Shown one piece after another: positions 28,147 to 40,020 of a stretch of DNA of 64,000 nt. Position numbers and translations under genes: made by a program. The stretch is from Eledone cirrhosa. Taxonomy: Eukaryota. Below the pieces are notes generated by a model. That model had not been told where the DNA came from. It was given only the letters and a program-made list of their open reading frames with translations, and made no database searches. The first letter of the stretch is position 1. The number at the start of each line of letters is the position of its first letter. The stretch lies in NCBI GenBank assembly GCA_964016885.1, contig OZ024751.1, positions 44,516,001 through 44,580,000 of the forward strand. Reading direction: 5' to 3'.

Positions 28147-31100
28147 CTATAGTCTGATGTAGAGTGAAGGCCCATTCACACGGGCCATTCTCGCCACTTT
28201 CACCCATCTTTCATAGAAACGGCTGGGGTGCAGCACCTCTCTCTCCATCCTGATCCTTCTTCCGAAATGATATCGGAAGAAACGGACCAGTTGTTGGCCA
28301 GAGAGAAAGGTGCCTGACCTCAGTCCTTTCAGACGCGTCCACCATACAACCTCTTTCGCCATGGCTATTACGCACAGAAACACCGCCTCTGCTTCATCTT
28401 TGAAGGGGGGAGGCGGCTTGATCATTACAATAGACTCGGTGGTCAACCGGATCGGTCCCACCCTTGACAGCAGTTGTTCGACATAGCCCCACAGATCGGC
28501 TGCGCCCGAGCAGTGTACCAATGCGTGTGCAACGGTTTCCTCGTCGCACACGCATCTGGGACAGATCTTTTTGGCGGGGTTCCTACCCGGGCGCCCGTGT
28601 CTGTAGAGCCTTTCTCGAACGGGTAAAGCCCCTCGGTAGCACTGCCAGGCCAGGGACTTCTGGAAGTTGTCCATAGGTCCCGGGCTGAATGTCCTACCGA
28701 ACAGGCTGGCCAGTTCGTCCTCCTCCATGTCTAGGGCTTCTCCGAGGGCGTCGTCGCACCTGCTGCGTACCAGCCCTCTATAGAATGTTGCGGTGGAGTC
28801 TCCACTGATAACCGGATCCGCCTGCCAGAGGGCGGTGAGCGCCTGGGCACACTCAGTGTGCCAGGCGCCCAGTTTTCTCGGTCTTTGCTTGACCCAGGAT
28901 TGCAGCTCGGTGAGTGAGACGAGTCTGGGAAAGGTTCGTCTCACAAACGAGGCCCACACCGGTTGTCCGGTGAGGAATACGTAGAGGTGCCGTAGCCTTA
29001 ATGCGTGTTTACGCATCATTAGCCACGGCATCCCCAGCCCTCCTTTCGAAGGGTGTTGACAGCAGATGGATCTCCTCACCATAGGAGCCCGCCTCTTCCA
29101 AAGGAATTGGAAGAGCGCGCGCTCCATCTTGGTGAGGGTTTCCCTTGGGCAGGGCACTACGGTCAGGCGGTAGTAGATGACGGACGCTATGTAGGTGTTC
29201 GCCACCTCCGCCCGACCTTTCAGGGATAGTTTGCAACTGGCCCACTTCTGGGTCAGTGCAAACACCCTGTTCGTAACCTCCGCCCAGTTTTTCTCCACCT
29301 GGAGGTCCGGTCCGAACCAGACCCCGAGCAACTTCACCGGGCCCTCCGTCCAGCGTCCGACGACGCCATCGGAGGGGATCGGTCTGCCCCTCCCCGTGCC
29401 GAGTTGCAAACCGATCGACTTGTCCCGGTTCAGCTTAGCCCCTGTGAACTTTTCGTACTCCTCCAGTAAGGTGCCGACCGCCTCGATTTCGGAGGCCGTC
29501 GACACCATTACTGTCACGTCATCGGCGTAGGCCGACACCGCTTTCCGCAATCCCGGTTCCAAAGGGATGCCCTGCAACAACTCCAACTTCCGCAGTAGTG
29601 GCTCGAGAGTCAACACATACAGAAGGGAGGAGAGAGGGCACCCTTGTCGGATGGACCGCGCGATTTTGAACGGCTCCGAGAGGTAGCCGTTCACCTTGAC
29701 CCTAGAGCAGATGCGGCTGCTGTGCATAGCAGTGATCCAGCCCCTGAAAACGGGTCCGAAGCCTGCCGCCGCTAGCACCGCATCCAGGTAACCATGGTCG
29801 ACCCTATCGAACGCCTTAGATTGATCCAAGTTGATCAGAGCCCCACCAAAGCCGGGTTCGTTCCCAACCCTCTCTATGATGTATCGCATGAGGTGGAGGT
29901 TGTCATGGATGGACCTGGACGGGATAGCGCATGACTGCGCATCTCCCACCAGGTTGCCCACGACAAGCGCCAACCTCTTTGCTAGCACCTTGGCCAAAAT
30001 CTGTAACTCTGTATTTAGCAGTGTTATGGGCCTGAAGTTACTTATTTCGTCCCCCTTGTTCTCGTCCTTCCTCACTAGCGTGACTACGCCCTTGGTCACA
30101 GTACAGGGAATTCTCCCGTTCTGTTGCCAGTTGCAGTAGACCACCTCGAGGAGATCGGGGAACAAGTCCGGCATAGCTAGATATAATTCGTAAGGAAGAC
30201 CATCGAGACCCGGGGATTTGCGTTTGCCGCATTGGCTCAGCACGTCCTCTATCTCAGCGGCCGAAATCGGCTCCTCGCAGGACTTCGCCTCCCTGTCCGA
30301 GAGGCGCGGCAGGCCGTCGAGGTATGGACCGAAGTCCACGTTCCCAACCGGCTCCCCGCCCCTCCCGAACAGTCGGGCAAAGTGCCTTTGAAAGGCCTCA
30401 CACATCTGCTTAGGCTCAAGAATCGCTCGTCCATCCAGGTCTCGCAAAGACCGGATGGTGGATTTAGTTCCACTGTTGGCCTCTGTCACGCGGGCCCAGC
30501 TAACAGCTTTGGTCCCCTCGTTCCCTCGAGCACGTATTTTACTTCGGACAACGCAGCCTTCGTGCTTCGCGTCGAAAAACTGGCTCAAAGCCGTTCTCGA
30601 CGCTAGCACTCTGGCCACGTCGCCGCTTCTAATTGCCTCTTCTACTCTATCTATTAGCTCCCTTTCCTTCCTATTCCTATCCGCAGCTAGAACCTTACTA
30701 AATTCTATCGAGACTACTCTAATCTCTCTCTTTAGAGATACCCACCACCTGCTGTTGACGATCGCTCCAGTCAACCGTTCCTTAACTAACGTACTAATCC
30801 GATTCCTGTAGGCTCTACTTGCCGGCAAGGACAAGTTGAGCTTCCAGTAACCGGGGCCCTGTCTATGAGTTCTGTCAAGGTTGACCATGCAGGTCACTAA
30901 TTTGTGGTCTGAATAGCCAACCATGCGCATTTTTGGACAACTTAAAAAGTCCTTATCCTTAATTCTAACTAAGAACCTATCTAGGTACGACCTAGATGAT
31001 CCGCTACGATTTGCCCAAGTCCAGGTTGGCGCAGTCGGAAAATCTAGTCGATATCTATCGGCCAGGTCAAATCGACCGATTAACCCTTTGAGGCTATTAC

Positions 31101-31584
31101 ACCCCTCTCTATCGGGGCAGGCCCCTACGTAGTCCCAGCGTGCATCTAGGATACCATTCCAGTCCCCCACTAATAGCAAGGAGCGGGTCGTCCCTAGAAA
31201 AGTCTCCAGACGATGGAAGAAGTCCGGCCGCATTGACCCGAAAGGGCCGTAGGCGGCTACCAACCTAAACGCTCCGCCTTTACCACTGCCAAGGTCCAGA
31301 ACCACTAGTCGACCCTCCGGGTCCAAATGTACCATCTGTGTTGCGAGACCCAGATATTTTTGCAGCAGAACGACAACTCCACCCCCGCCTCCGGGCTGAC
31401 AGAGAGATGCGTGCATCTCAAAGTCATCAAAGGTGGGGGCCAGCTGTCGCACGTTGCTGATCCGGGCCTCGCAAATAACCATCACATCTATACGTTGTGA
31501 CCTGAGGTCATTTAGAAGCATTGCTTGCTTCCAAGTTGAGCCCAGGCCACGCGCATTTAAACAGCCTACTCTTAGCATAGCCAT
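28147..31584 (-). CDS. ORF2p: APE endonuclease + reverse transcriptase + C-terminal Zn-knuckle-like motif (~1145 aa)
   Basis: CLNARGL, ICE, GDWN, SYLDRF, YSDH, GYWKLN, KSPGLDG, NFRPITLLN, LDQSKAFDRV, RQGCPLS, YADD, GGLGMP, CPRC..H...C. Uninterrupted; first ATG at 31584. Confidence 0.95.
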   Translation of the reverse strand: MAMLRVGCLNARGLGSTWKQAMLLNDLRSQRIDVMVICEARISNVRQLAPTFDDFEMHASLCQPGGGGGVVVLLQKYLGLATQMVHLDPEGRLVVLDLGSGKGGAFRLVAAYGPFGSMRPDFFHRLETFLGTTRSLLLVGDWNGILDARWDYVGACPDREGCNSLKGLIGRFDLADRYRLDFPTAPTWTWANRSGSSRSYLDRFLVRIKDKDFLSCPKMRMVGYSDHKLVTCMVNLDRTHRQGPGYWKLNLSLPASRAYRNRISTLVKERLTGAIVNSRWWVSLKREIRVVSIEFSKVLAADRNRKERELIDRVEEAIRSGDVARVLASRTALSQFFDAKHEGCVVRSKIRARGNEGTKAVSWARVTEANSGTKSTIRSLRDLDGRAILEPKQMCEAFQRHFARLFGRGGEPVGNVDFGPYLDGLPRLSDREAKSCEEPISAAEIEDVLSQCGKRKSPGLDGLPYELYLAMPDLFPDLLEVVYCNWQQNGRIPCTVTKGVVTLVRKDENKGDEISNFRPITLLNTELQILAKVLAKRLALVVGNLVGDAQSCAIPSRSIHDNLHLMRYIIERVGNEPGFGGALINLDQSKAFDRVDHGYLDAVLAAAGFGPVFRGWITAMHSSRICSRVKVNGYLSEPFKIARSIRQGCPLSSLLYVLTLEPLLRKLELLQGIPLEPGLRKAVSAYADDVTVMVSTASEIEAVGTLLEEYEKFTGAKLNRDKSIGLQLGTGRGRPIPSDGVVGRWTEGPVKLLGVWFGPDLQVEKNWAEVTNRVFALTQKWASCKLSLKGRAEVANTYIASVIYYRLTVVPCPRETLTKMERALFQFLWKRRAPMVRRSICCQHPSKGGLGMPWLMMRKHALRLRHLYVFLTGQPVWASFVRRTFPRLVSLTELQSWVKQRPRKLGAWHTECAQALTALWQADPVISGDSTATFYRGLVRSRCDDALGEALDMEEDELASLFGRTFSPGPMDNFQKSLAWQCYRGALPVRERLYRHGRPGRNPAKKICPRCVCDEETVAHALVHCSGAADLWGYVEQLLSRVGPIRLTTESIVMIKPPPPFKDEAEAVFLCVIAMAKEVVWWTRLKGLRSGTFLSGQQLVRFFRYHFGRRIRMEREVLHPSRFYERWVKVARMARVNGPSLYIRL

Positions 31585-31608
31585 GTTGGTGGTGAAGAGA
31601 AAAGGCAC

Positions 31609-32276
31609 TTACCTCTCTGCGTCCCGGGTATCGGGCTGCACAATTTCCATTAGGGTGGGGGATGGGTTGTTGGGTGGGGTGGTGGTTTGTGGAAGTGTGG
31701 GGGCATCAGTGTGATGTGTGGTTGGGGAGCTTGGAGTTGTGTGGGTGTTTGGGGAGGGGGTGGGATAGTTTTTTAGGAGGACGCGGTTAATGGGCCCGAC
31801 GCAGGGGGGACCCACGTCCTCTTTAAAATTGTTTTTTAAAGTTTTATAGGTGTCCTGTGGGGCCTTAATCATTTTGAGGTGGGGGAAATCCCCTGCCTGG
31901 GTGAAGTTAGGCCCTTGTGTTTTTATTAGATTGTTGTTGTACACAATGTTTAACAGTTTTTTGTTTCTTGTATTTATGTATGTGTATGCATGTTTTTGTT
32001 TTTGTGTGGTGTTTTTTGTTTGCTGTTGTTGTGAGCTCTTTTGTGTTGGTGTCAGTGTTATGTTTTGGGGAGGGGTTTTTTTCATTTGTGTGTCTGAGGT
32101 GTGTTTTCTTTTTTTTCTTTTGATTGTGTGGAAGTGCTCCTCCTCGTCTGACGACGAACTAGGGTCATCTTCCGCGTTGGAGGGGAGGGGTATATTTTCG
32201 GGTTGTGTTTGCGGTACGGGTGTTTTGGAAATTGTTTTTGTTTTTTGAGTGGAGGGGATGGGTTGGACATTGTTTT
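31609..32276 (-). CDS. C-terminal low-complexity part of ORF1 (5'-truncated)
   Basis: Open frame rich in P/T/K/Q with a KRKKRK basic patch, ending 24 nt before the ORF2 ATG. Confidence 0.65.
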
Positions 32277-32310
32277 GATAGATAGATAGATAGATAGATG
32301 GATAAATAGG

Positions 32311-32389
<79 letters not shown>

Positions 32390-32701
32390 GAAGAAGAACA
32401 ACAAGTTATGAATGTCATGAATCAGGAAAAATGAATTTACTTATTCTTGTAACTAGGAAGGTAGATTCAAAAATACAGGGAGATAATTTACTATGTGTGT
32501 GTTGTGTGTGTGTAGGCGTGAACATATATATATATGTATGTATATGCATATAATATTCATATATATATATATATATATATATCGTCAGTCTTTAACAGGC
32601 TCCAAAGCCACTTTATAACATAACATACCTTAATGAAGGTAAATATTTTGTACAGGTACGTAATGACGGCACCTTCAAACCTCATCATTACACACACACA
32701 G

Positions 32702-32810
<109 letters not shown>

Positions 32811-32958
32811 TGTGTGTGTGTGTATTGTATTATATCATTTATTTATGTTGATACCCGGAACATAAATAATAATATTTTTGCTCTCTTCCGAATTGAGCAC
32901 TGTTTCCCTTTTCCTTCCTATTCACACCTACACTATTCCTACACACACACACATACAC

Positions 32959-33027
<69 letters not shown>

Positions 33028-33111
33028 AACGATGGGTGCTTGGTTTAGTGGAAAGGGCGTTAACCACTAAGCCACGCACCTTCACCTACCCCACAATATA
33101 TATATATATAT

Positions 33112-33178
<67 letters not shown>

Positions 33179-33179
33179 T

Positions 33180-33211
<32 letters not shown>

Positions 33212-33329
33212 TTTTGGTGCTCCTTCAAATTGACGCTGACTAATTGAATTTCTGTTAGTATGTGGAAATAAGGTGCAATTTTTATTAGGAAAGTCATTCC
33301 AGGGTCGAAGTCATTGTTGTTGTTACTTG

Positions 33330-33380
<51 letters not shown>

Positions 33381-33537
33381 AGAGAGAAGGGAGGAGAGAA
33401 ATAGATGGGTTAGGTGGTTAAGATGAGAGGCCAGGGTGAATCACGTGATACGTTACAGCTCTATTGTATAATAATGCATGTTTGAAACTTCTCCTTGGAT
33501 ACAAAAATACACATTCCTACATATAAATGCATATATT

Positions 33538-34125
33538 CATGCCACTCCGTCGATTACGATGAGTGTTCCAGTTGATACGGAAGACCCTTCTCGTGAAATT
33601 AACGTGCAAGTGGCTGAGTATTCCACAGACGCGTGTACATTTAATATAGTTCTCAGGGAGATTCAGCGTAGCACAGAATGTCACACCGATTGCTTTTCGA
33701 ATTACTGGTACTACTCATTTTTGGCAGCCGAGTGGACTGGAACAACGTGAAATAAAGTGTCTTGCTCAAGGACTCAACTCTGCGTCAGGAATCGAACTCA
33801 TGGCCTTACGATTGTGAGCCGAATATCCTAACCACTAGTCCACGCACCTTCACCCATAAATATAGATACACTTACATAAACACACATACGTCATGTCACA
33901 CATACACACATTGTCTCACACGAACACACTCAAAAATACACAGTCTAAAGTCTGTTTCAAGCTCTGAGGTTCATCAGATCTATGCTTATCCCACTTACCG
34001 TGGCATGAAGTAAATGAGAGTACAATACTCTCCCCTGGACAAGATGCCAGTCCATCGCAGGGTTAAACCTCGAGCCACTGCCTGTACTTGATTTTTCAGC
34101 TAAGTATACTGGAGCAACCTGAAAT
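33538..34125 (-). mobile_element. tRNA-derived SINE (33538-33851) and adjacent SINE fragment (33960-34125)
   Basis: Minus strand GGTGCGTGGACTAGTGGTTAGG..GAGTTCGATTCC..GAGTCCTTGAGCAAGACACTTTATTTCACGTTG. Confidence 0.75.
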
Positions 34126-34130
34126 ATACT

Positions 34131-35700
34131 TCCTACCAATAAAGTTATTATCAAATACGATATTATATTACAACCTAGCAATAGATATATTATCGAACGT
34201 AATATATCACAGCCTACCAATAATATAATATCAAATACGATATTATATTACAACCTAGCAATAGATATATTATCGAACGTAATATATCACAGCCTACCAA
34301 TAATATAATATCAAATACGATATTATATTACAACCTAGCAATAGATATATTATCGAACGTAATATATCACAGCCTACCAATAATATAATATCAAATACGA
34401 TATTATATACAACATACTAATAGAGATATTATTAAATGTAATATTATATCACAGCCTACCAATAATATAATATCAAATACGATATTATATTAAAACCTAG
34501 TAATAGATATATTATCGAACGTAATATTATATCACAGCCTACCAATAATATAATATCAAATACGATATTATATTAAAACCTAGTAATAGATATATTATCG
34601 AACGTAATATTATATTACAGCCTAACTATAATATAATATCAAATACGATATTATATTACAACATACTAATAGAGATATTATCGAACGTAATATTATATCA
34701 CAGCCTACCAATAATATAATATCAAATACGATATTATATTACAACCTACTAATAGATATATTATCGAACGTAATATATCACAGCCTACCAATAATGATAA
34801 TATCAAATACGATATTATATTACAACCTACTAATAGATATATTATCGAACGTAATATTATATCACAGCCTACCAATAATATAATATCAAATACGATATTA
34901 TATTACAACCTACTAATAGATATATTATCGAACGTAATATATCACAGCCTACCAATAATATAATATCAAATACGATATTATATTACAACCTAGCAATAGA
35001 TATATTATCGAACGTAATATATCACAGCCTACCAATAATGATAATATCAAATACGATATTATATTACAACATAGCAATAGAGATATTATTAAATGTAATA
35101 TTATATCACAGCCTACCAATAATGATAATATCAAATACGATATTATATTACAACCTAGCAATAGAGATATTATCAAATATAATATAACATGGCCTACCAA
35201 TAATATAATATCAAATACGATATTATATTACAACCTACTAATAGAGATATTATTAAATGTAATATTATATCACAGCCTACCAATAAAGTTATTATCAAAT
35301 ACGATATTATATTACAACCTAGCAATAGAGATATTATCAAATATAATATAACATGGCCTACCAATAATATAATATCAAATACGATATTATATTACAACCT
35401 AGTAATAGAGATATTATCAAATATAATATTATATCACAGCCTACCAATAATATAATATCAAATACGATACTATATTACAACCTACTAATAGAGATATTAT
35501 TAAATGTAATATTATATCACAGCCTACCAATAAAGTTATTATCAAATACGATATTATATTACAACCTACTAATAGAGATATTATCAAATATAATATAACA
35601 TGGCCTACCAATAATGATCTTATCAAATATCATAGCCTACCAAGAGAGATATTATCAAATATGATGTTATCTACCAGCCCTACCAATAGAAATACTATCA
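34131..35700 (+). repeat. AT-rich ~80-bp minisatellite built from two related ~40-bp halves
   Basis: Period of 80 at 34201/34281/34361; halves begin CCTACCAATA and CCTAGCAATA. Confidence 0.92.
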
Positions 35701-36361
35701 AGGATGGTTCAGCAAATAGAACCTTGAACCTTGCTGTCAATTTCTACCAGAATTGATGTACCAACCAATCAACCCATCAATCGAACGATCGATCAGTCTG
35801 ATTCAGGAGTAATATATTTTGCACTGTCACACGGATCTACAGACTTCCCCCATAACAAACAAACAAACAAACAAACAAACAAACAAACAAACATATACAG
35901 AGCTTTAAAAGATTATATAAAACAATGCAAAATAAAATAGAAAATCAGAAAGTAAAAAGAAACACATTTTGGCAGAGAGCAAATCTCGCAGTAGGTTTAG
36001 GTCTGCGATGTCTAACTTATCTCTGTATATCAAGTTAGTTCTAAAAGAGAGCGACTGATATTCTGATTTCGTTTAAATAGTAAACCTTCTTACAAGATAG
36101 CTTCACTGGAAAGAAATATTGTTATCTGATGACATTTTCGTCTCGCCGAGCAAAATAATATAGAAATAAAAATGAAAATAAATAATACCTGAGATAATAT
36201 GAATAGAAATCTAAAAATGTGACGTAATAACGAGAAAATTAGACGAATGAGTATAGACAGGCTTATAAAGAAATATATCTATATATTGTACATCACCCAT
36301 TTCCTCTCTTACTCTATCTTACTCATACATTCTACCCTCTCTCTTGCTCTTTCTTTGTCTC

Positions 36362-36540
<179 letters not shown>

Positions 36541-36573
36541 AAATTCCAATACATATATATATACACACACACA

Positions 36574-36661
<88 letters not shown>

Positions 36662-37076
36662 CGTCAGAAACGTTAAGAGTTTTCCTACTATATAAAGTGT
36701 GAAACTAATATGTCTTTATTGTACTTCATAGCCTGTTGTGTTTTTTCCGTTTAATTTCCACACACACACACACAGATATATATATATATGTGTGTGTGTG
36801 TGTACGTGTACGCCTTTGTATGTGTGTGTGTGTGTTTGCATAAGTAATTTGAGTTATCCATGCATTACAATTGCGTTCATTAGATGTGTGTTTAACTCTA
36901 ATGACTCTAATGAAACCAACAGTAATGTCAATTCTCTTCCTCATTATGTGGTGATTGTCACTTCCAATTGTTTCTACCCACACCTATACACACACACACA
37001 TGTATATATGTATATATATATATGTGTGTGTGTGTGTGTATATATGTAGGTGTATATAAATGTATATATGCATACA

Positions 37077-37533
37077 CTGAGGATGAAGAACTCAGAGCTG
37101 TACGGGAGCGTCCCAAAAGTCAGCTCTAAAGTATCCCAGAGGAGATTGAGGTTAGCTGGACATGCTCACCGATAACCAGAGTTGATATTACGCTCAGTGC
37201 TTCTGTGGGAGCCCCTACACAGAGGAGACTGAGGTTAGCTGGACATGCTCACCGATAACCAGAGTTGATATTACGCTCAGTGCTTCTGTGGGAGCCCCTA
37301 CACAGAGGAGACTGAGGTTAGCTGGACATGCTCACCGATAACCAGAGTTGATATTACGCTCAGTGCTTCTGTGGGAGCCCCTGCATGGGCACACTGGAAG
37401 AGAAAGACCGAGGTTGACATATGTTGATGCCCTAAGGTCAGACACTGGTCTCTTGGAGGACATGGCAACGATGATGAGGGACAAAGACCACTGGAGAGAA
37501 CTTGCCCATGGATCTCGCGAATTTTACCCGCCC
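37077..37533 (+). mobile_element. RTE LINE 3' fragment with internal 83-bp triplication
   Basis: Homologous to 3412-3708 (LLWEPLHGH..EFYPP); units start at 37137, 37220 and 37303. Confidence 0.9.
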
Positions 37534-37725
37534 TATATATATATACATGGAAAGTTATATTTAAATTGTTGGGTTACAACTAGTAAATATTTATAACTGA
37601 TATAAAAGCACTCAACAAGTATTTGGAGTATATTTACGATATTAAATAATGCCATCAACTTTTCAAATACAAGTCGATGTTGAACGGTATGTCAAATCTA
37701 TTTATTTATAAAACTGTCTATATTG

Positions 37726-37791
37726 TATTTTGTCTGAAGAAGGCATAACATATTGTTAATATGATATCCCTGAAATATATATAATGAAATA
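37726..37791 (+). ncRNA. type I hammerhead ribozyme with long stem II in a Penelope-like 3' end (37548-37820)
   Basis: TATTTTGT CTGAAGA AGGCATAACATATT-GTT-AATATGATATCCCT GAAA TATATA TA ATGAAATA. Upstream degenerate LNK..E....CH motif. Confidence 0.7.
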
Positions 37792-37817
37792 AATATGGTT
37801 TTATAAATATAGTTTCC

Positions 37818-37864
<47 letters not shown>

Positions 37865-37903
37865 AGAGTATTGAAGTTTGCTTGAAGCATTGTGGAACAA
37901 TAA

Positions 37904-38089
37904 GTAAATATCTTTAAGTCGTTTGGAAGCCTCGACAATGCAAATGGGTAAATCTCCGGGTAACAAGGTCTGGTTGTGGAGAGAGAGATGTACACCCACT
38001 TACATATCTCTCTCCACCACCGGACCTTGTTACCCGGAGATTTATCCATTTGCATTGTCGAGGCTTCCAAACGACTTAAAGCTATTTAC
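37904..38089. repeat. 89-bp inverted repeat with 8-nt spacer between (TA)n tracts
   Basis: Arms 37904-37992 and 38001-38089 with a few mismatches. Confidence 0.9.
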
Positions 38090-39172
38090 ATATATATATA
38101 TAAATATAAAAATGTATACATACATACATATTTACATACATACATACAATTTGTACACGTGATGTTACAATTCACACAAGCATTTACAAAGATGCAATGG
38201 AAGAGCTTGCTCATGAAATGAACATGTTTGTTGTGGTTTAACACTTCATACTATATATATATATTACATGTTGTATGACATTCCGTGGAAGAACACAGAA
38301 AATAGAAGTCTGCTACTTATCATACTAAAGTTATTTAGAAAGTCAATGTAATAATCCTCAATGAAAGCGGTATATTTTTAAACCGCAGTTGTTGTTTAAC
38401 CCTAATTCAATGTTCATCGCGTAGATATATGATCAAAGGCTTTCAAAATATGAAAAAAACCTCCATTGACTTACTCGAGATGTTAGATTGCGATTTGAGG
38501 GAAATTGTGGTTCTACGTTATGCAAGGTAAAAAAAAAAAAAATAGAGCTTAAGATAGATGCTCTCCAAACTAACGATGAGTGTTCCCCCATAAAACAAAA
38601 CAAAAGAACTAACACAGAACTCATACAAAAGATGTAAAAAATTTGGAAACAGAACAAAAACATATTAAATGCGCTCACCAGGAACTAAAAACATTTTGGC
38701 AGAAAGCAAATCTCGCAGTAGGTTTAGGTCTGCGATGTCTAACTTATCTCTGTATATTATGTTAGTTCTAAAAGAGAGCGACTGATATTCTGATCTTGTT
38801 TAAATAGTAAACCTTCTTACAAGATAGCTTCACTGGAAAGAAATATTGTTATCTGATGACATTTTCGTATCGCTGAGGCAAATGAAAAAAGAAAAAAATA
38901 TATATTGAAATAGAAATAAAAAGAAAACGTGACATAATAACGAGAGAATTGAACAAATTAATAAAGATAGACATAAAATACATACAAACATACACATATA
39001 TATATATCAGATGAATATATAGATATATAGATATATATTAGGTTTAAATCCAAGTTGTAGCTGCAGTAGGGTAGATACCAATCAATTTGTTTGAGGCGGT
39101 TATAAAGCACTCAATGGTGCGAAAGTTAATACATTTTTCGTCCAGAGTAAACACAGTTAAAAAAGTGACACC

Positions 39173-39306
39173 ATGAATAAATCGACCCGGCGTATGTGGC
39201 CATTGTGTATAACCCTCAACAATGCAGTTTCGGCCCTTGCCAACGGGTCTCCTGGTCCACACGAGGTCACAGCGTCTGACAAAGAAACCAAAGTGCTGTC
39301 CCTGGA
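39173..39306 (+). CDS. candidate first coding exon MNKSTRRMWPLCITLNNAVSALANGSPGPHEVTASDKETKVLSL
   Basis: Acceptor TTTTTCGTCCAG before 39146, ACCATG start, donor GA/GTGAGA; non-repetitive and GC-richer. Confidence 0.3.
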
Positions 39307-39389
39307 GTGAGAGAGTATATCTTTATTTTATTATCTAAATGACATCTATAAGCCTCGGACTTTGAGTCATACGAGTCGAAAGTCTATGT

Positions 39390-40020
39390 GGATTGGCAGA
39401 ATCGTTAAAGCATTGGTCAGATGCTTAGTAGAATTCATTCCAGTGTTTTATGTTCTGTTCTGAGTACAAATCTCGCCAAGGTGAACTTTGCCTTTCATTC
39501 TTCTGAAGTTTGATAAAATAAACTTCAGGTAAATTACCGGAGTCGATTTAATCGTCTTCCCCTCACTCAAATTGCTAGCTCCTGATTGAGGTGTGAAGTT
39601 AGCAATTTGAGTGAGAGGAAGACAATTAAATCGACTCCGGTAATTTACCTGAGTGCTTTGTTATTTCTATTTAAAAAAAGGCGGTGGTTTTGCCTTTCAT
39701 CCTTACGGGGTCGATAAAATAAAGTACCAGTAATACACTGGGATAGTTGCTGGTCTTGTGCCAAAGGTAGAAACAATTATTTCTATTTTTAATAAGGCGG
39801 TGGATTGACAGTATCTGTAGAGAGTCGGACGCCATGCTTTCCAGCATAGTTACGTCCCTTTACGGTCTGAGTTCAAATCCCACCAAGGTTAACACTGCCT
39901 TTCATCCTTTCGGGGTCGATAAAATAAAGTACTAGTAACGGACTGGGGTCGATTTAATCGACTTTCCCCTCCCCCTAAATTACTGGCCTTGTGCCTATAC
40001 TAGAAATCATTATTTCTATG
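39390..40020 (+). mobile_element. cluster of tRNA-derived SINE copies
   Basis: B box GAGTTCAAATCCC followed by TTTGCCTTTCATCC..GGGGTCGATAAAATAAAGTAC; about three copies. Confidence 0.85.

Larger units (their letters stand above)
27885..32276 (-). mobile_element. L1/Tx1-type non-LTR retrotransposon, near full length (ORF1 5'-truncated, ORF2 intact)
   Basis: Two-ORF structure; the 3' end AATAAAAGAAA is followed directly by (TCTA)n and the 5' end abuts (TCTA)n. Confidence 0.95.

Noticed and set aside
29831-31714. Plus-strand ORFs overlapping the Tx1 ORF2
   Set aside because: Antisense shadows of a GC-rich coding sequence.
36126-36200. CTGATGA..GAAA as a hammerhead (also ~38853)
   Set aside because: Stem II/III pairing not convincing and not conserved between the two copies.
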